A DNA stretch of 64,000 bases from a virus (lineage: Duplodnaviria; Caudoviricetes): IMG/VR virus record IMGVR_UViG_2816332256_000001, positions 1 to 64,000 of that record. One strand, given 5' to 3'. Below the pieces are notes generated by a model. That model made no database searches and was not told the origin of the DNA. It worked only from the letters and a program-made list of their open reading frames with translations. The position numbers and the translations under genes are program-made. This document shows, in pieces, positions 27,910-36,409 of the stretch; the stretch's first letter is position 1; each line of letters starts with the position of its first letter.

Positions 27910-28395
27910 ATGAACTGGATCGATCCGCGCATCTGGCTGGTCGTCGTGGCCGGCCTCGTGGCCGGCTCGGCCGGCGGGTATTTCAAGGGACACCGGGACG
28001 CCGATCAGTCGGCCAAGGTCGCCGATCAGGCGAGGCAGATCAAGGATCTGACCGCCGAGCGTGACACATTCCGCCGCCGCACGGCGGCTCAACAGGAGAT
28101 CGCAACCGATGCTGCGAAAGAACGTGATCAGGCGCGCGCTGACGCCGTTGCCGCTGCTTCTGCTGCTGACGGCCTGCGCCGGCAGGTCGTCATCCTCGTC
28201 GACGGCGCCCGACATTCCGCCGCTGCGGCCGGAGGCCCGCCAGCCGGCGACGCCCTCGATCTGCTTGCCGACGTGCTCGGCCGCGCTGACCAGCGCGCGG
28301 GCGAGCTGGCTGAATACGCCGACCGTGCCCGCATCGCCGGCCAGCAGTGCGAGCGCGACTACGACGCCTTGACCATTTCCCACAACGAGAAGTGA
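27910..28395 (+). CDS. Rz-like i-spanin (DUF2514-like)
   Basis: N-terminal TM, coiled coil, AGQQCERDYDAL ending. Confidence 0.85.
   Translation: MNWIDPRIWLVVVAGLVAGSAGGYFKGHRDADQSAKVADQARQIKDLTAERDTFRRRTAAQQEIATDAAKERDQARADAVAAASAADGLRRQVVILVDGARHSAAAAGGPPAGDALDLLADVLGRADQRAGELAEYADRARIAGQQCERDYDALTISHNEK
28109..28372 (+). CDS. Rz1-like o-spanin lipoprotein embedded in Rz
   Basis: Alternative frame inside Rz; signal peptide with lipobox LTAC; Pro-rich mature part. Confidence 0.75.
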   Translation: MLRKNVIRRALTPLPLLLLLTACAGRSSSSSTAPDIPPLRPEARQPATPSICLPTCSAALTSARASWLNTPTVPASPASSASATTTP

Positions 28396-28399
28396 CATC

Positions 28400-29318
28400 A
28401 TGAAACGAATTTTCGCGGCTGCGCTGTGCGCGCTTTCAACCTTCGCTTTCGGCGCTACGCTTGCGCCAATTCAACTGCTCAACCCGGCGGGATCGACGAG
28501 CGGTCAGGTCATCGCGTCGAATGGTCCTACCGCGGCGCCATCGTGGCAGAGCGTGACGTACGGGATTCTGCCGACGATCGCGGCGAATTCAGTTCTCGGG
28601 AACAGGACAGCCAGTACGGCCGCGCCTGGCGCAGTATCGTTGCCGAGTGGCAGCACCACCAACAGCGCGCTGCAATACTCGAGCGGAACCGGGTTTTCGT
28701 GCGGAAGCGCGTTCGCTCTCACGAGCGGCACGCTCGCGCAATTTGCGTCGACCACGTCCGCGCAACTCGCGGGCGCGGTGTCGGATGAGACGGGAAGCGG
28801 AGCACTCGTATTCGGGACGTCTTCGACGATTTCCAGCCCGACGCTCACCCGCACCACGACGGCCGCCGCCGTTACAGCGAGCGGTCTGATTACGCCCGCG
28901 AGCGCGGTCGGCATTAAGGGCACGACGACAAACGATAGCCCGGCCGCGGGGAGCATGGGGGAGAACCCATCTGCCGGACCTACCACGACCGGAAACCTCA
29001 CGACGGGTATCGCCGCCAACATAACGTCGCTGTCGTTGACCGCCGGTGACTGGGTTCTCACGGGAACATGCGCATGGTCGCCCTCTGGCGGCGCAAGTTT
29101 GACCGTGCAGCAGTGCGGCATCAGCACGATGTCCGCGACATTCGGCGTGTTCGGTACCACTACCAGCTTGATGATTTCGGGGGGCAGCGCATCGGGAAGT
29201 GGAATTCCGACCCCAACAGTCGACCTGAAGCTCGCAGCGCCCACCACGGTGGAACGCAGGGTTCGGATCGGGAACCGTCACCGCTACAGGGCTAATCCGC
29301 GCTCGCCGCCCCCGGTAG
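28400..29318 (+). pseudogene. Secreted Ser/Thr/Gly-rich fibre-like protein, frameshifted near 29250
   Basis: Signal peptide MKRIFAAALCALSTFAFG; after PTTV the frame turns into Arg/Pro-rich junk, while another frame continues NAGFGSGTVTATGLIRARRPR* (TAG 29316-29318). Confidence 0.65.
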
Positions 29319-29382
29319 ATCGCCGGCTACCTACGGCCCGTGTTATGAGATATATTCCGCACTCTAACAACGGGGAAATATT

Positions 29383-30408
29383 TTGGACCGCCGGTTCGAT
29401 TTGTTGCGGGTGCTTGCCTGCTTTATGGTGGTTGTCGTTCACGTCTCAGGCGCCGATACGCTTTCGTTCGGTCCGAACTGGTGGGCCGGGAATCTCTACG
29501 ACTCGCTAGCTCGTGCGTGCGTCCCCATCTTCTTCATGCTTTCGGGCGCTACCTTGCTTCCGAAAGCAGAGCCGCTTTTTGTGTTTTTCAAAAAGAGGTT
29601 TGTAAAAGTTATCCCGCCTCTCGTTGTCTGGTCGTCCTTTTATCTCTGGTGGCTGTGGTACAACGGCGCACCGGTAGGGGGCGTACTCGATTGGGTCGCT
29701 GCTATTTTGCGCGGGCCGACCATGTTCCACCTGTGGTTCTTTTACGCGATCGTCGGCATTTATTTGTTCGTGCCAGCTATGCGTCGCCTGTATCAAGGAT
29801 CAACACCTGTCGAGAAGTGGCTCGTTTTGGTGCTCTGGTTTATGTGGGTGTGCGTGTACCCGATGGCGCACACATTTCGAACCGGAGCCCCACTTGAAGG
29901 GCCGTCGAACAACCCACATTCGATTGGATATTTTGCGCCATATCTCGGCTACGTATTGCTTGGTGCTGTTCTAAGTGAGCGTACATGGCGCAAGACCACG
30001 GGCGCAATAATATTTGCGATCGGTATATCGGCAACTGCAATATTTACGTGGGCGCGATCCGCATACATCGGAACGCCGGTTGATGTCTTTTACCTCTACC
30101 TTTCTCCGACCGTAACCGTTGCTGCTGTCGGGCTGTTTATGTTTTTTCTCGGGATAAAACGGGGCGCACCATCTCGATTCCTCAGCAGCATGGCGCAATA
30201 CACCGTGGCGATCTACGGCTTGCACGCCTTCGTTATCGATCCAGTCGCTTCCCGAATTGGCCTAAGCACCGTATCTGGAATCGGCTGGATCGACATTCCG
30301 CTCACGTCAGCATGCGTTTTCGTGGCGTCTGCTGTTGCGGTTCATGCTTGGCACCAGTGCAAACGTCTGGCGTATCTTTTTCGGCGTCGAGGCGCTCATC
30401 CTGCGTGA
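29383..30408 (+). CDS. Acyltransferase family 3 (O-acetyltransferase) moron
   Basis: DLLRVLACFMVVVVH, RACVPIFFMLSG, HLWFFY; about 10 TM segments; visibly more AT-rich. Confidence 0.9.
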   Translation: MDRRFDLLRVLACFMVVVVHVSGADTLSFGPNWWAGNLYDSLARACVPIFFMLSGATLLPKAEPLFVFFKKRFVKVIPPLVVWSSFYLWWLWYNGAPVGGVLDWVAAILRGPTMFHLWFFYAIVGIYLFVPAMRRLYQGSTPVEKWLVLVLWFMWVCVYPMAHTFRTGAPLEGPSNNPHSIGYFAPYLGYVLLGAVLSERTWRKTTGAIIFAIGISATAIFTWARSAYIGTPVDVFYLYLSPTVTVAAVGLFMFFLGIKRGAPSRFLSSMAQYTVAIYGLHAFVIDPVASRIGLSTVSGIGWIDIPLTSACVFVASAVAVHAWHQCKRLAYLFRRRGAHPA

Positions 30409-30727
30409 GCTCTTGCTTAACGGCCGCTGCGCCCTTGCCAACCGCCAAGTGCCAAGCGGGGACGGAATAAGATGCGGCCCGTATAATCGCCCGGCGGCGC
30501 GCGGCCGCCGCATCGCTCTGGCGCACGAAACACTCTTGGACTTTGGCTACTGCTAGATTCTGCCCGACAGTAATCACGATCCGGTGGTCTAGCGATTCGA
30601 TGCTCATGCCGTATTTTTCGACAAGCGTGTCCGCGTCTGCGTCATTGAGAAGCGGATCCCACCCACGCGTGTACGGTAATCCAGACGCCTTTTCTGAAAG
30701 CGCCAAAAGGTCTTGATAGTCGATCAT
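30302..30727 (-). CDS. Hypothetical phage protein (WDPLLNDADA...AARRRAIIRAA)
   Basis: 141-aa ORF; 3' end overlaps the acyltransferase by ~107 nt. Confidence 0.45.
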   Translation of the reverse strand: MIDYQDLLALSEKASGLPYTRGWDPLLNDADADTLVEKYGMSIESLDHRIVITVGQNLAVAKVQECFVRQSDAAAARRRAIIRAASYSVPAWHLAVGKGAAAVKQELTQDERLDAEKDTPDVCTGAKHEPQQQTPRKRMLT

Positions 30728-30795
30728 TTACAAATCGCTCCTTCGTGGTCGGGCCGACATTCTTACATTATTCTCACGCCGCTACGTGAATTTCG

Positions 30796-30912
30796 TCAGG
30801 CCGCCACACCGAGCGCCGCGCGGATTGGAATGACGTCGGCTGCGCGGCCATCTGCGCACGCGCCGACGAACTCGGCCCACTGCTCGAGCGCGGCGCTGCC
30901 GTTCCCGAACAT
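30796..30912 (-). pseudogene. Possible C-terminal remnant of another tyrosine integrase
   Basis: …AALEQWAEFVGACADGRAADVIPIRAA…* resembles integrase C-terminal tails; no catalytic domain. Confidence 0.4.
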
Positions 30913-30953
30913 CAAGGATCACGCGATCGCGCGCGTGATCAACGCGCTGACTC

Positions 30954-32027
30954 TCACTGCGTCTGCTTAGGCGCGAGCCGATCCAGCCACTCCCACCCGG
31001 CCCAGCGGTCGCCGGTGTGGCGCAGGTGGGTGTACCGCTTCAGGGACGCCCAACTGCGATGGCCTGTGACCGCAGCTACGTGCGGGATATTCCATCCCAT
31101 CTCGAATAGGCGTGATGCGCCTTCATGCCGCAGGTCGTGAAAGTGCAGGTCGTCGATCGCGAGGAATTCGCATGCCCGCGTGAAGCTCGCGCTGATCGAC
31201 CGGTGGTTATAGGGAAAGATGCGCCCCTTGGCCGGCTTCACGGCATCAATAATGCGTGCTGCCTCCGGCGGCAAGTCGCACCATGTGTCGTTACCAATTT
31301 TCTGCCCCGGGTGCTTCATGTCGCGGACCAGCACCCGGTCGCCCTGGTAGTCCTCGACGGCGATCGTCGTGATTTCCTCCTGCCTGCGTGTCGAGAAAAG
31401 CGCGAAAACGATGATCTCGCGCATTGGGATCTCGGCGCGCTCGCGCGCCTCCATATCGGTGTAGTAGGAGAGGATCCGATTGAGCTCGTCGGGGGCAGGG
31501 CGCCGGTCGCGCTGCCTTGAGCGGCCAGTCACGCCGAGATTTTTCAGGACCACTGTCGCGTCATCAAGCGCTTGCGCATCCAGCGGGTACCCCCATGCTG
31601 GCCGCGCGATGCGCACGACGGCGGCCAGGTGCGACATATAGTTCCCAACCGTCTGAGGCTTTACATCGAGGGACTGGGCGAACTGGACGTATTCACTGCT
31701 CCCGATCGCCGAGCTGCGCATCGCGCCAATCTCGGCGGCAGAGATTGTCCGCAGCACCTGCTCCTTTGTGCGCCCCATGTCTTTTTTCGATTCCCGGATG
31801 TACCGGTCGATCACGTCGGCGAGCGGCGGATCTTCCAGCTTCGCTGACTCGAGCGCGCCGGGGCGCGACAGCTCGCGCTCCCGCTTATCCAGCCATGCGC
31901 GCGCAGCGGCCTCGCGGTCGAACGTCTGAGCCTGGGTGAAAACAACCCTCCCATCCTCCTTTCGGCGGATCTGGGCGGTGTAGCCTATACTTCCATCCTT
32001 GCGTTTTCTGGGGGTGATCGTGCCCAT
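30954..32027 (-). CDS. int: dusA-associated tyrosine integrase (Rci-related)
   Basis: Catalytic R (STRRQEE), HDLRHEG, TGH, KRYTH; divergent from dusA, the established DAI arrangement. Confidence 0.93.
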   Translation of the reverse strand: MGTITPRKRKDGSIGYTAQIRRKEDGRVVFTQAQTFDREAAARAWLDKRERELSRPGALESAKLEDPPLADVIDRYIRESKKDMGRTKEQVLRTISAAEIGAMRSSAIGSSEYVQFAQSLDVKPQTVGNYMSHLAAVVRIARPAWGYPLDAQALDDATVVLKNLGVTGRSRQRDRRPAPDELNRILSYYTDMEARERAEIPMREIIVFALFSTRRQEEITTIAVEDYQGDRVLVRDMKHPGQKIGNDTWCDLPPEAARIIDAVKPAKGRIFPYNHRSISASFTRACEFLAIDDLHFHDLRHEGASRLFEMGWNIPHVAAVTGHRSWASLKRYTHLRHTGDRWAGWEWLDRLAPKQTQ

Positions 32028-32145
32028 GGTGTCCCGGTGCTACGCGGAAAAAATTGGAGCTACATCGTAGCACTCGGCCGCAAAAACCGGCAAAAACCAC
32101 CGAAAACGGCGTCGAATCACACATGCCTAAACATGGCGTAAATGC

Positions 32146-33189
32146 TTGATGCAACAGAATTTTTCAACGAAATCAACGGGTAGGCGCGTTTCCGTTGCGC
32201 CGATGCTCGACTGGACCGATCGTCATTGCCGCTCGTTCCATCGCACGCTGACGCGCGACACGTGGCTGTATACGGAAATGATCACGACGGGCGCGCTGCT
32301 GTTCGGCGACGCGCAGCGGCATCTCGCGTTCACGCCGAACGAATCGCCGGTCGCGCTGCAACTCGGCGGCAGCGAACCGGACGATCTCGCCCGCGCCGCG
32401 AAGCTCGGCGAGCAGTGGGGCTACGACGAGATCAACCTGAATTGCGGGTGCCCGTCCGAGCGCGTGCAGCGCGGCGCATTCGGTGCGTGCCTGATGAACG
32501 AGCCGCAACTCGTCGCCGACTGCGTGAAGGCGATGCGCGATGCGGTGTCGGTGCCCGTGACGGTCAAGCACCGGATCGGGGTCGACGCAGTGGAGGACTA
32601 TGCATTTGTGCGCGACTTCGTCGGCACGGTTGCGCAGGCAGGCTGCGACACGTTCATCGTGCATGCCCGCAATGCGATCCTGAAAGGGCTGTCGCCGAAG
32701 GAGAACCGCGAGATCCCGCCGCTCAAGTACGACTATGCGTATCGGCTGAAGCGCGATTTCCCGGCGCTGGAGATCGTGATCAACGGCGGGATCAAGACGC
32801 TCGACGAGGTGGCGGAGCATCTCGAGCACGTTGACGGCGTGATGCTCGGCCGCGAGGCGTATCACAACCCGTACGTGCTCGCGGGCGGCGATGCGCGCTT
32901 TTACGGATCGACTGCGCCGGCGCCGACGCGCGAAGAGGCCGAGGCGAAGCTGATCGAATATTGCGCGGCGGAGTTGAAGCGCGGCACCTATCTCGGCGCG
33001 ATCGTCCGGCACGCGCTCGGGCTGTATCGCGGTGTCGCGGGCGCACGTGGCTGGCGGCGCGTGCTGTCGGACAACAAGAAGCTCGCGCGCGGCGATCTGA
33101 GCGTGTTCGACGAGGCGCGCACGCATCTGAACGACGCTATCGAAAATTTTGAAAAAAATGCTTTGCAAGATGGAAAAGTGTTCGTATAA
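32146..33189 (+). CDS. dusA: tRNA-dihydrouridine(20/20a) synthase
   Basis: SVAPMLDWTDRHCR, QLGGS, NLNCGCPSERVQ.G.FGACLM, HAR, INGGI. Confidence 0.96.
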   Translation: MMQQNFSTKSTGRRVSVAPMLDWTDRHCRSFHRTLTRDTWLYTEMITTGALLFGDAQRHLAFTPNESPVALQLGGSEPDDLARAAKLGEQWGYDEINLNCGCPSERVQRGAFGACLMNEPQLVADCVKAMRDAVSVPVTVKHRIGVDAVEDYAFVRDFVGTVAQAGCDTFIVHARNAILKGLSPKENREIPPLKYDYAYRLKRDFPALEIVINGGIKTLDEVAEHLEHVDGVMLGREAYHNPYVLAGGDARFYGSTAPAPTREEAEAKLIEYCAAELKRGTYLGAIVRHALGLYRGVAGARGWRRVLSDNKKLARGDLSVFDEARTHLNDAIENFEKNALQDGKVFV

Positions 33190-33190
33190 T
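33163..33190 (+). promoter_or_regulatory. Sigma70 promoter for tRNA-His overlapping the dusA stop
   Basis: TTGCAA-N16-TATAAT. Confidence 0.65.
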
Positions 33191-33247
33191 CTTGTTCTTC
33201 GCTGCTGAACACGAAACGAAACAGCGAAGACGCAAAGCAGTATCAGT

Positions 33248-33324
33248 GGTGGCTGTAGCTCAGTTGGTAGAGTCCAGGATTGTGATTCCTGTTGTCGTGG
33301 GTTCGAGTCCCATCAGCCACCCCA
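33248..33324 (+). tRNA. tRNA-His (GTG) with G-1 and encoded CCA
   Basis: 77 nt; GGTGGCTGTAGCTCAG…GATTGTGATTC…GTTCGAGTCC…CAGCCACCCCA; acceptor, anticodon and T arms pair. Confidence 0.97.
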
Positions 33325-33414
33325 ACAAATTCAAGCACTTGCAGCAGAAACAAGCTGGCGTGTTACAGGTTTTGGAAGATGAGATTCCAAAATTTGGAAG
33401 ATTAAGACAAAATG

Positions 33415-33439
33415 AAAGCCCGCCATGTGCGGGCTTTTT
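33415..33439 (+). terminator. Intrinsic terminator after tRNA-His
   Basis: AAAGCCCGC-CATGT-GCGGGCTTT followed by TT. Confidence 0.75.
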
Positions 33440-33482
33440 GTCGTCGAGCAGAACCAGAAAAAGAATCGGGTTGGGGGCCAAC

Positions 33483-34061
33483 ATGGGCTATGTGCCGCAG
33501 GTGCAGCAGATCGCAAATCTCGTTGAGTATCACAACTACTGGATTGACGACGGACAAGGCAATCGAGTCGTCAACCCTGCGTTCGACGGCAACTGTAGGA
33601 TGCTGTTGGACCTGAAAAGGGATACGGAACGTGGCCACAACGCCGCTGTCACGCATTTCAGTCGTGAAGTCGAGGCGTTCCTTGCGGCACATGGGGTACC
33701 GCCACCAAACTTGCAGGTCCTCATCGCGATCGTTCCCTCCAGCAAGCAGGGGACGTGGGGCGCAGGCCTTGAAAAGATCGCGGCAAATCTGATCCGGAGA
33801 AATGCGAACTTCATCGACGCAACGCGTGTGCTCGAGCGCACGACAACAATCCAGAAGCTCGCAGCTGGGGGCAATCGGAACCAGGCAGTGCACCAAGCGT
33901 CTATTCGAATCGGAAATGGAGGCGCAAAGATCGCGCAGAAGACGATTCTTCTCCTCGACGACATCACTACGACAGGTAACTCACTTGTGGCTTGCGCCGA
34001 TCTTCTTTGCCGAGCGGGTGCTGCAACGGTGATGCCTCTCGCACTTGGGCGGACAACATGA
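33483..34061 (+). CDS. Phosphoribosyltransferase (ComF-like PRTase), putative toxin/effector
   Basis: IAIVPSS motif and PRPP loop ILLLDDITTTGNS. Confidence 0.88.
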   Translation: MGYVPQVQQIANLVEYHNYWIDDGQGNRVVNPAFDGNCRMLLDLKRDTERGHNAAVTHFSREVEAFLAAHGVPPPNLQVLIAIVPSSKQGTWGAGLEKIAANLIRRNANFIDATRVLERTTTIQKLAAGGNRNQAVHQASIRIGNGGAKIAQKTILLLDDITTTGNSLVACADLLCRAGAATVMPLALGRTT

Positions 34062-35002
34062 CGAATTCTGATCTGTCTATTTGTGTTGTCGCACAGCTCC
34101 TTCTTCGTGCTTGCCGTATGAGCCCTGGCGCGGTATCGGCATTGCTCCTGAAGGCTCCAGTTGCGCAGATGGTCGACGAACTGGACCTCATCGAATGGTG
34201 TGAGAGTCAGGGGATGTCGCGCGACAAGGTGGGTGACGAGGCAGCGTTGGCATCCTGCAGAAAGTCCATTAGCGAGACGGTAGAGGCCGGGATCGACGTC
34301 GTTCCGGTGACATCGGATCACTACCCTGTTCATCTGAAGCTCATCGAAGATGCACCGCCTGTGATTTATTCGAAAGGGAATATAGAGCTGCTTTCTGCGA
34401 AACCCGGCGTTTCGGTCGTAGGTACGCGCAAGGCGTCGCCAAACGGTCTGCGGATAGCGGAGCGTATAGCAGGTTATTTTGCTGAGCGGCATTGGACGAT
34501 TGTGAGTGGCCTTGCATTAGGAATCGATGCGGCTGCGCACCGGGGCGCTCTCGGAGTATCGGGTGCGACAATCGCAGTGCTTGCACACGGATTGCACCAT
34601 GCGACGCCGAAAGCGAATGCGCATCTGGCAAACGATATTTTGGCGAATGGTGGTGCATGGGTTTCTGAGCATCCCATCAACGTTCCCGCGCTGCCAGAGC
34701 AGTTCGTGCAACGCAATCGGATTCAGATTGGGCTGTCCGCTGGATCTATCATCGTCGAAGGAGAGGAGCGAAGCGGAACCATGACGCAGGCGGAGTTTTG
34801 CTTACGTAATCGCAGGCAACTATTTGCGGTTCTTCCTGAGAAAGCTGACGAGTTGAGGCTCGTATCGAAAGGGCCTCTGATACTAATTAATCGTCGAGGA
34901 GCTACGCCGCTGCGATCACGTGACGACTACGAGTCGGCTGCACATCTGATGGAAGTGAAGCGCGCGATGTTGGCTACTCTGCCGCTTACGAGCCCAGATT
35001 GA
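34058..35002 (+). CDS. DprA/Smf-like protein, putative antitoxin/sensor
   Basis: YP..L..I.DAPP.IY..G, VVGTRKAS, IVSGLALGIDAAAH, F.QRNRI, SGT; ATGA-coupled to the PRTase. Confidence 0.9.
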   Translation: MTNSDLSICVVAQLLLRACRMSPGAVSALLLKAPVAQMVDELDLIEWCESQGMSRDKVGDEAALASCRKSISETVEAGIDVVPVTSDHYPVHLKLIEDAPPVIYSKGNIELLSAKPGVSVVGTRKASPNGLRIAERIAGYFAERHWTIVSGLALGIDAAAHRGALGVSGATIAVLAHGLHHATPKANAHLANDILANGGAWVSEHPINVPALPEQFVQRNRIQIGLSAGSIIVEGEERSGTMTQAEFCLRNRRQLFAVLPEKADELRLVSKGPLILINRRGATPLRSRDDYESAAHLMEVKRAMLATLPLTSPD

Positions 35003-35045
35003 GCCGGACTTATCTGTCGCGCCCGACGGCTTGGTCTCGCTCGCG

Positions 35046-36167
35046 TCAGCGTGTCGCACGCACTTTTCGTTGTCTGCGGCGATCGTATGTCTTTCGTACC
35101 ATCCGTTCGTCCGCATGGCCAGTCGCATCGATAATCCGGTCGTCGCCTTCCTCCTGGCGATCGGTCACGGCGGCCGGCCGCATGTCACGCAGCGCGAACC
35201 GTTCGAACGGCACGCAGCGCGCCTGCGCTTCCTTCTCGCAATAGCCCATCAGCCGGGACCAGTTCGTGTTCCAGCCGCTGCGCGTGTACACCTGGCCGGC
35301 GGTGTTGCCGAACACGTGGACGCTCGATGTGCGCTGCAGCGCGAGCGCCTCGTCGATCACGGCCTTCAGCTCGGGCGACCACAACACGAGTTTTACGCGC
35401 TGCTGCTCGCCGGCCTTGCGCTTCCCGATCGGCACCTCGACGCCTTCCGGCCTGATGCTCTGGCGGTGCAGCTCGCGCATCTCGGTCGGCCGGCTGACGG
35501 TGAGGTATGCCGCCTGCACGCAGAGCGCCAGAATCAAGTATGCGGAGCTGGGATGCTGATCGCCGACGCTGCGGCGCGAGCGCGCGACTTCGACCGCGAG
35601 ATCGATCTCGTCCTGACGCACGTAGCGCTGGCGCGGCCGGGTCGGGTTGTACTCGATGCCGCGGCACGGGTTCGTTTCGAGGTCGCCGCGGCGCCGGCCG
35701 TATTCGAGGATCGCGGACAGGAGGGCGATTTCCTTGTTCGCCTTCGCCGGCGCGCCGAGCTGCGCACGTTTGTCGAGGTAGCCATAGACGTGCTTCGGCT
35801 TGATCGCGGCCGGCGCCATCTTCCCGAAGACCTTGACCAAGCGCTTCGACTCGACGCGGTTCTCGTCCAGGGTGGACTGCGCCTTGCGGCGCTCGTCGGT
35901 GTGCGGTAATCCGTCCTGCCATTCGAAGTACCGCGCGACGAGCGCCTCGACCGTGCCAGGTTCGATCGCATTCCCGTTGAGAGCTTCCGCACGCTCGATC
36001 GCCTGCTTGCGGATCTCGGCGAGCGCTTCCTTGTTGTGGGCAGGCGCCGACAGGCGGAACGCCCAGCGGCCGTTCGGCAGCTTGTAGCCGAAGCTGACCT
36101 TGTGTTTCCCGTAGTGGGCGTAGAGCCGGAAGGGTAACCCGTCCGGCCGCTTGCGTCGTCCGATCAT
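35046..36167 (-). CDS. int: Tyrosine integrase of prophage 2
   Basis: LTVSRPTE (R), FALRDMRP, ATGH, KTYDRRR; arm-binding N-terminus. Confidence 0.9.
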   Translation of the reverse strand: MIGRRKRPDGLPFRLYAHYGKHKVSFGYKLPNGRWAFRLSAPAHNKEALAEIRKQAIERAEALNGNAIEPGTVEALVARYFEWQDGLPHTDERRKAQSTLDENRVESKRLVKVFGKMAPAAIKPKHVYGYLDKRAQLGAPAKANKEIALLSAILEYGRRRGDLETNPCRGIEYNPTRPRQRYVRQDEIDLAVEVARSRRSVGDQHPSSAYLILALCVQAAYLTVSRPTEMRELHRQSIRPEGVEVPIGKRKAGEQQRVKLVLWSPELKAVIDEALALQRTSSVHVFGNTAGQVYTRSGWNTNWSRLMGYCEKEAQARCVPFERFALRDMRPAAVTDRQEEGDDRIIDATGHADERMVRKTYDRRRQRKVRATR

Positions 36168-36169
36168 GA

Positions 36170-36409
36170 TTAGAGTGCGGCGAAGTTCGGTTCTTCTGAG
36201 GCGGCAGCGCGCTGCCGGCGCGCGGATGATGGCGCTGCGGTGCCGTTCATGCGGGCTTCGTAATACTCGCGCGCGACGAGCGGCACGCCGGCGATGTTGA
36301 CCGCGAACGGCCAGTGATTGCGCTCGAGCCAGCGTTTCATGCAGGCGTGGCTGCGCGGCTTGCAGCCCACCAGCTCGGCCAGCTCTGGCGTGGTGAGGTA
36401 GATGCTCAT
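36170..36409 (-). CDS. Excisionase (DUF4224-like)
   Basis: YLTTPELAELVG...RWL...GVPLV; immediately upstream of int. Confidence 0.8.
   Translation of the reverse strand: MSIYLTTPELAELVGCKPRSHACMKRWLERNHWPFAVNIAGVPLVAREYYEARMNGTAAPSSARRQRAAASEEPNFAAL

Larger units (their letters stand above)
1..32170. mobile_element. Prophage 1 (HK97-like head, Mu-like contractile tail) integrated at the dusA 5' end; left end lies outside the window
   Basis: Continuous immunity, replication, packaging, head, tail and lysis modules ending in a tyrosine integrase divergent from dusA; right boundary approximate. Confidence 0.93.

Noticed and set aside
32140-32145. AAATGC upstream of dusA matching part of the shufflon site
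   Set aside because: Only 6 bp; expected by chance; not used as evidence linking Int to the shufflon.
33192-33482. N-terminal extension of the PRTase ORF through the tRNA
   Set aside because: Overlaps tRNA-His and a terminator; the real start is ATG 33483.
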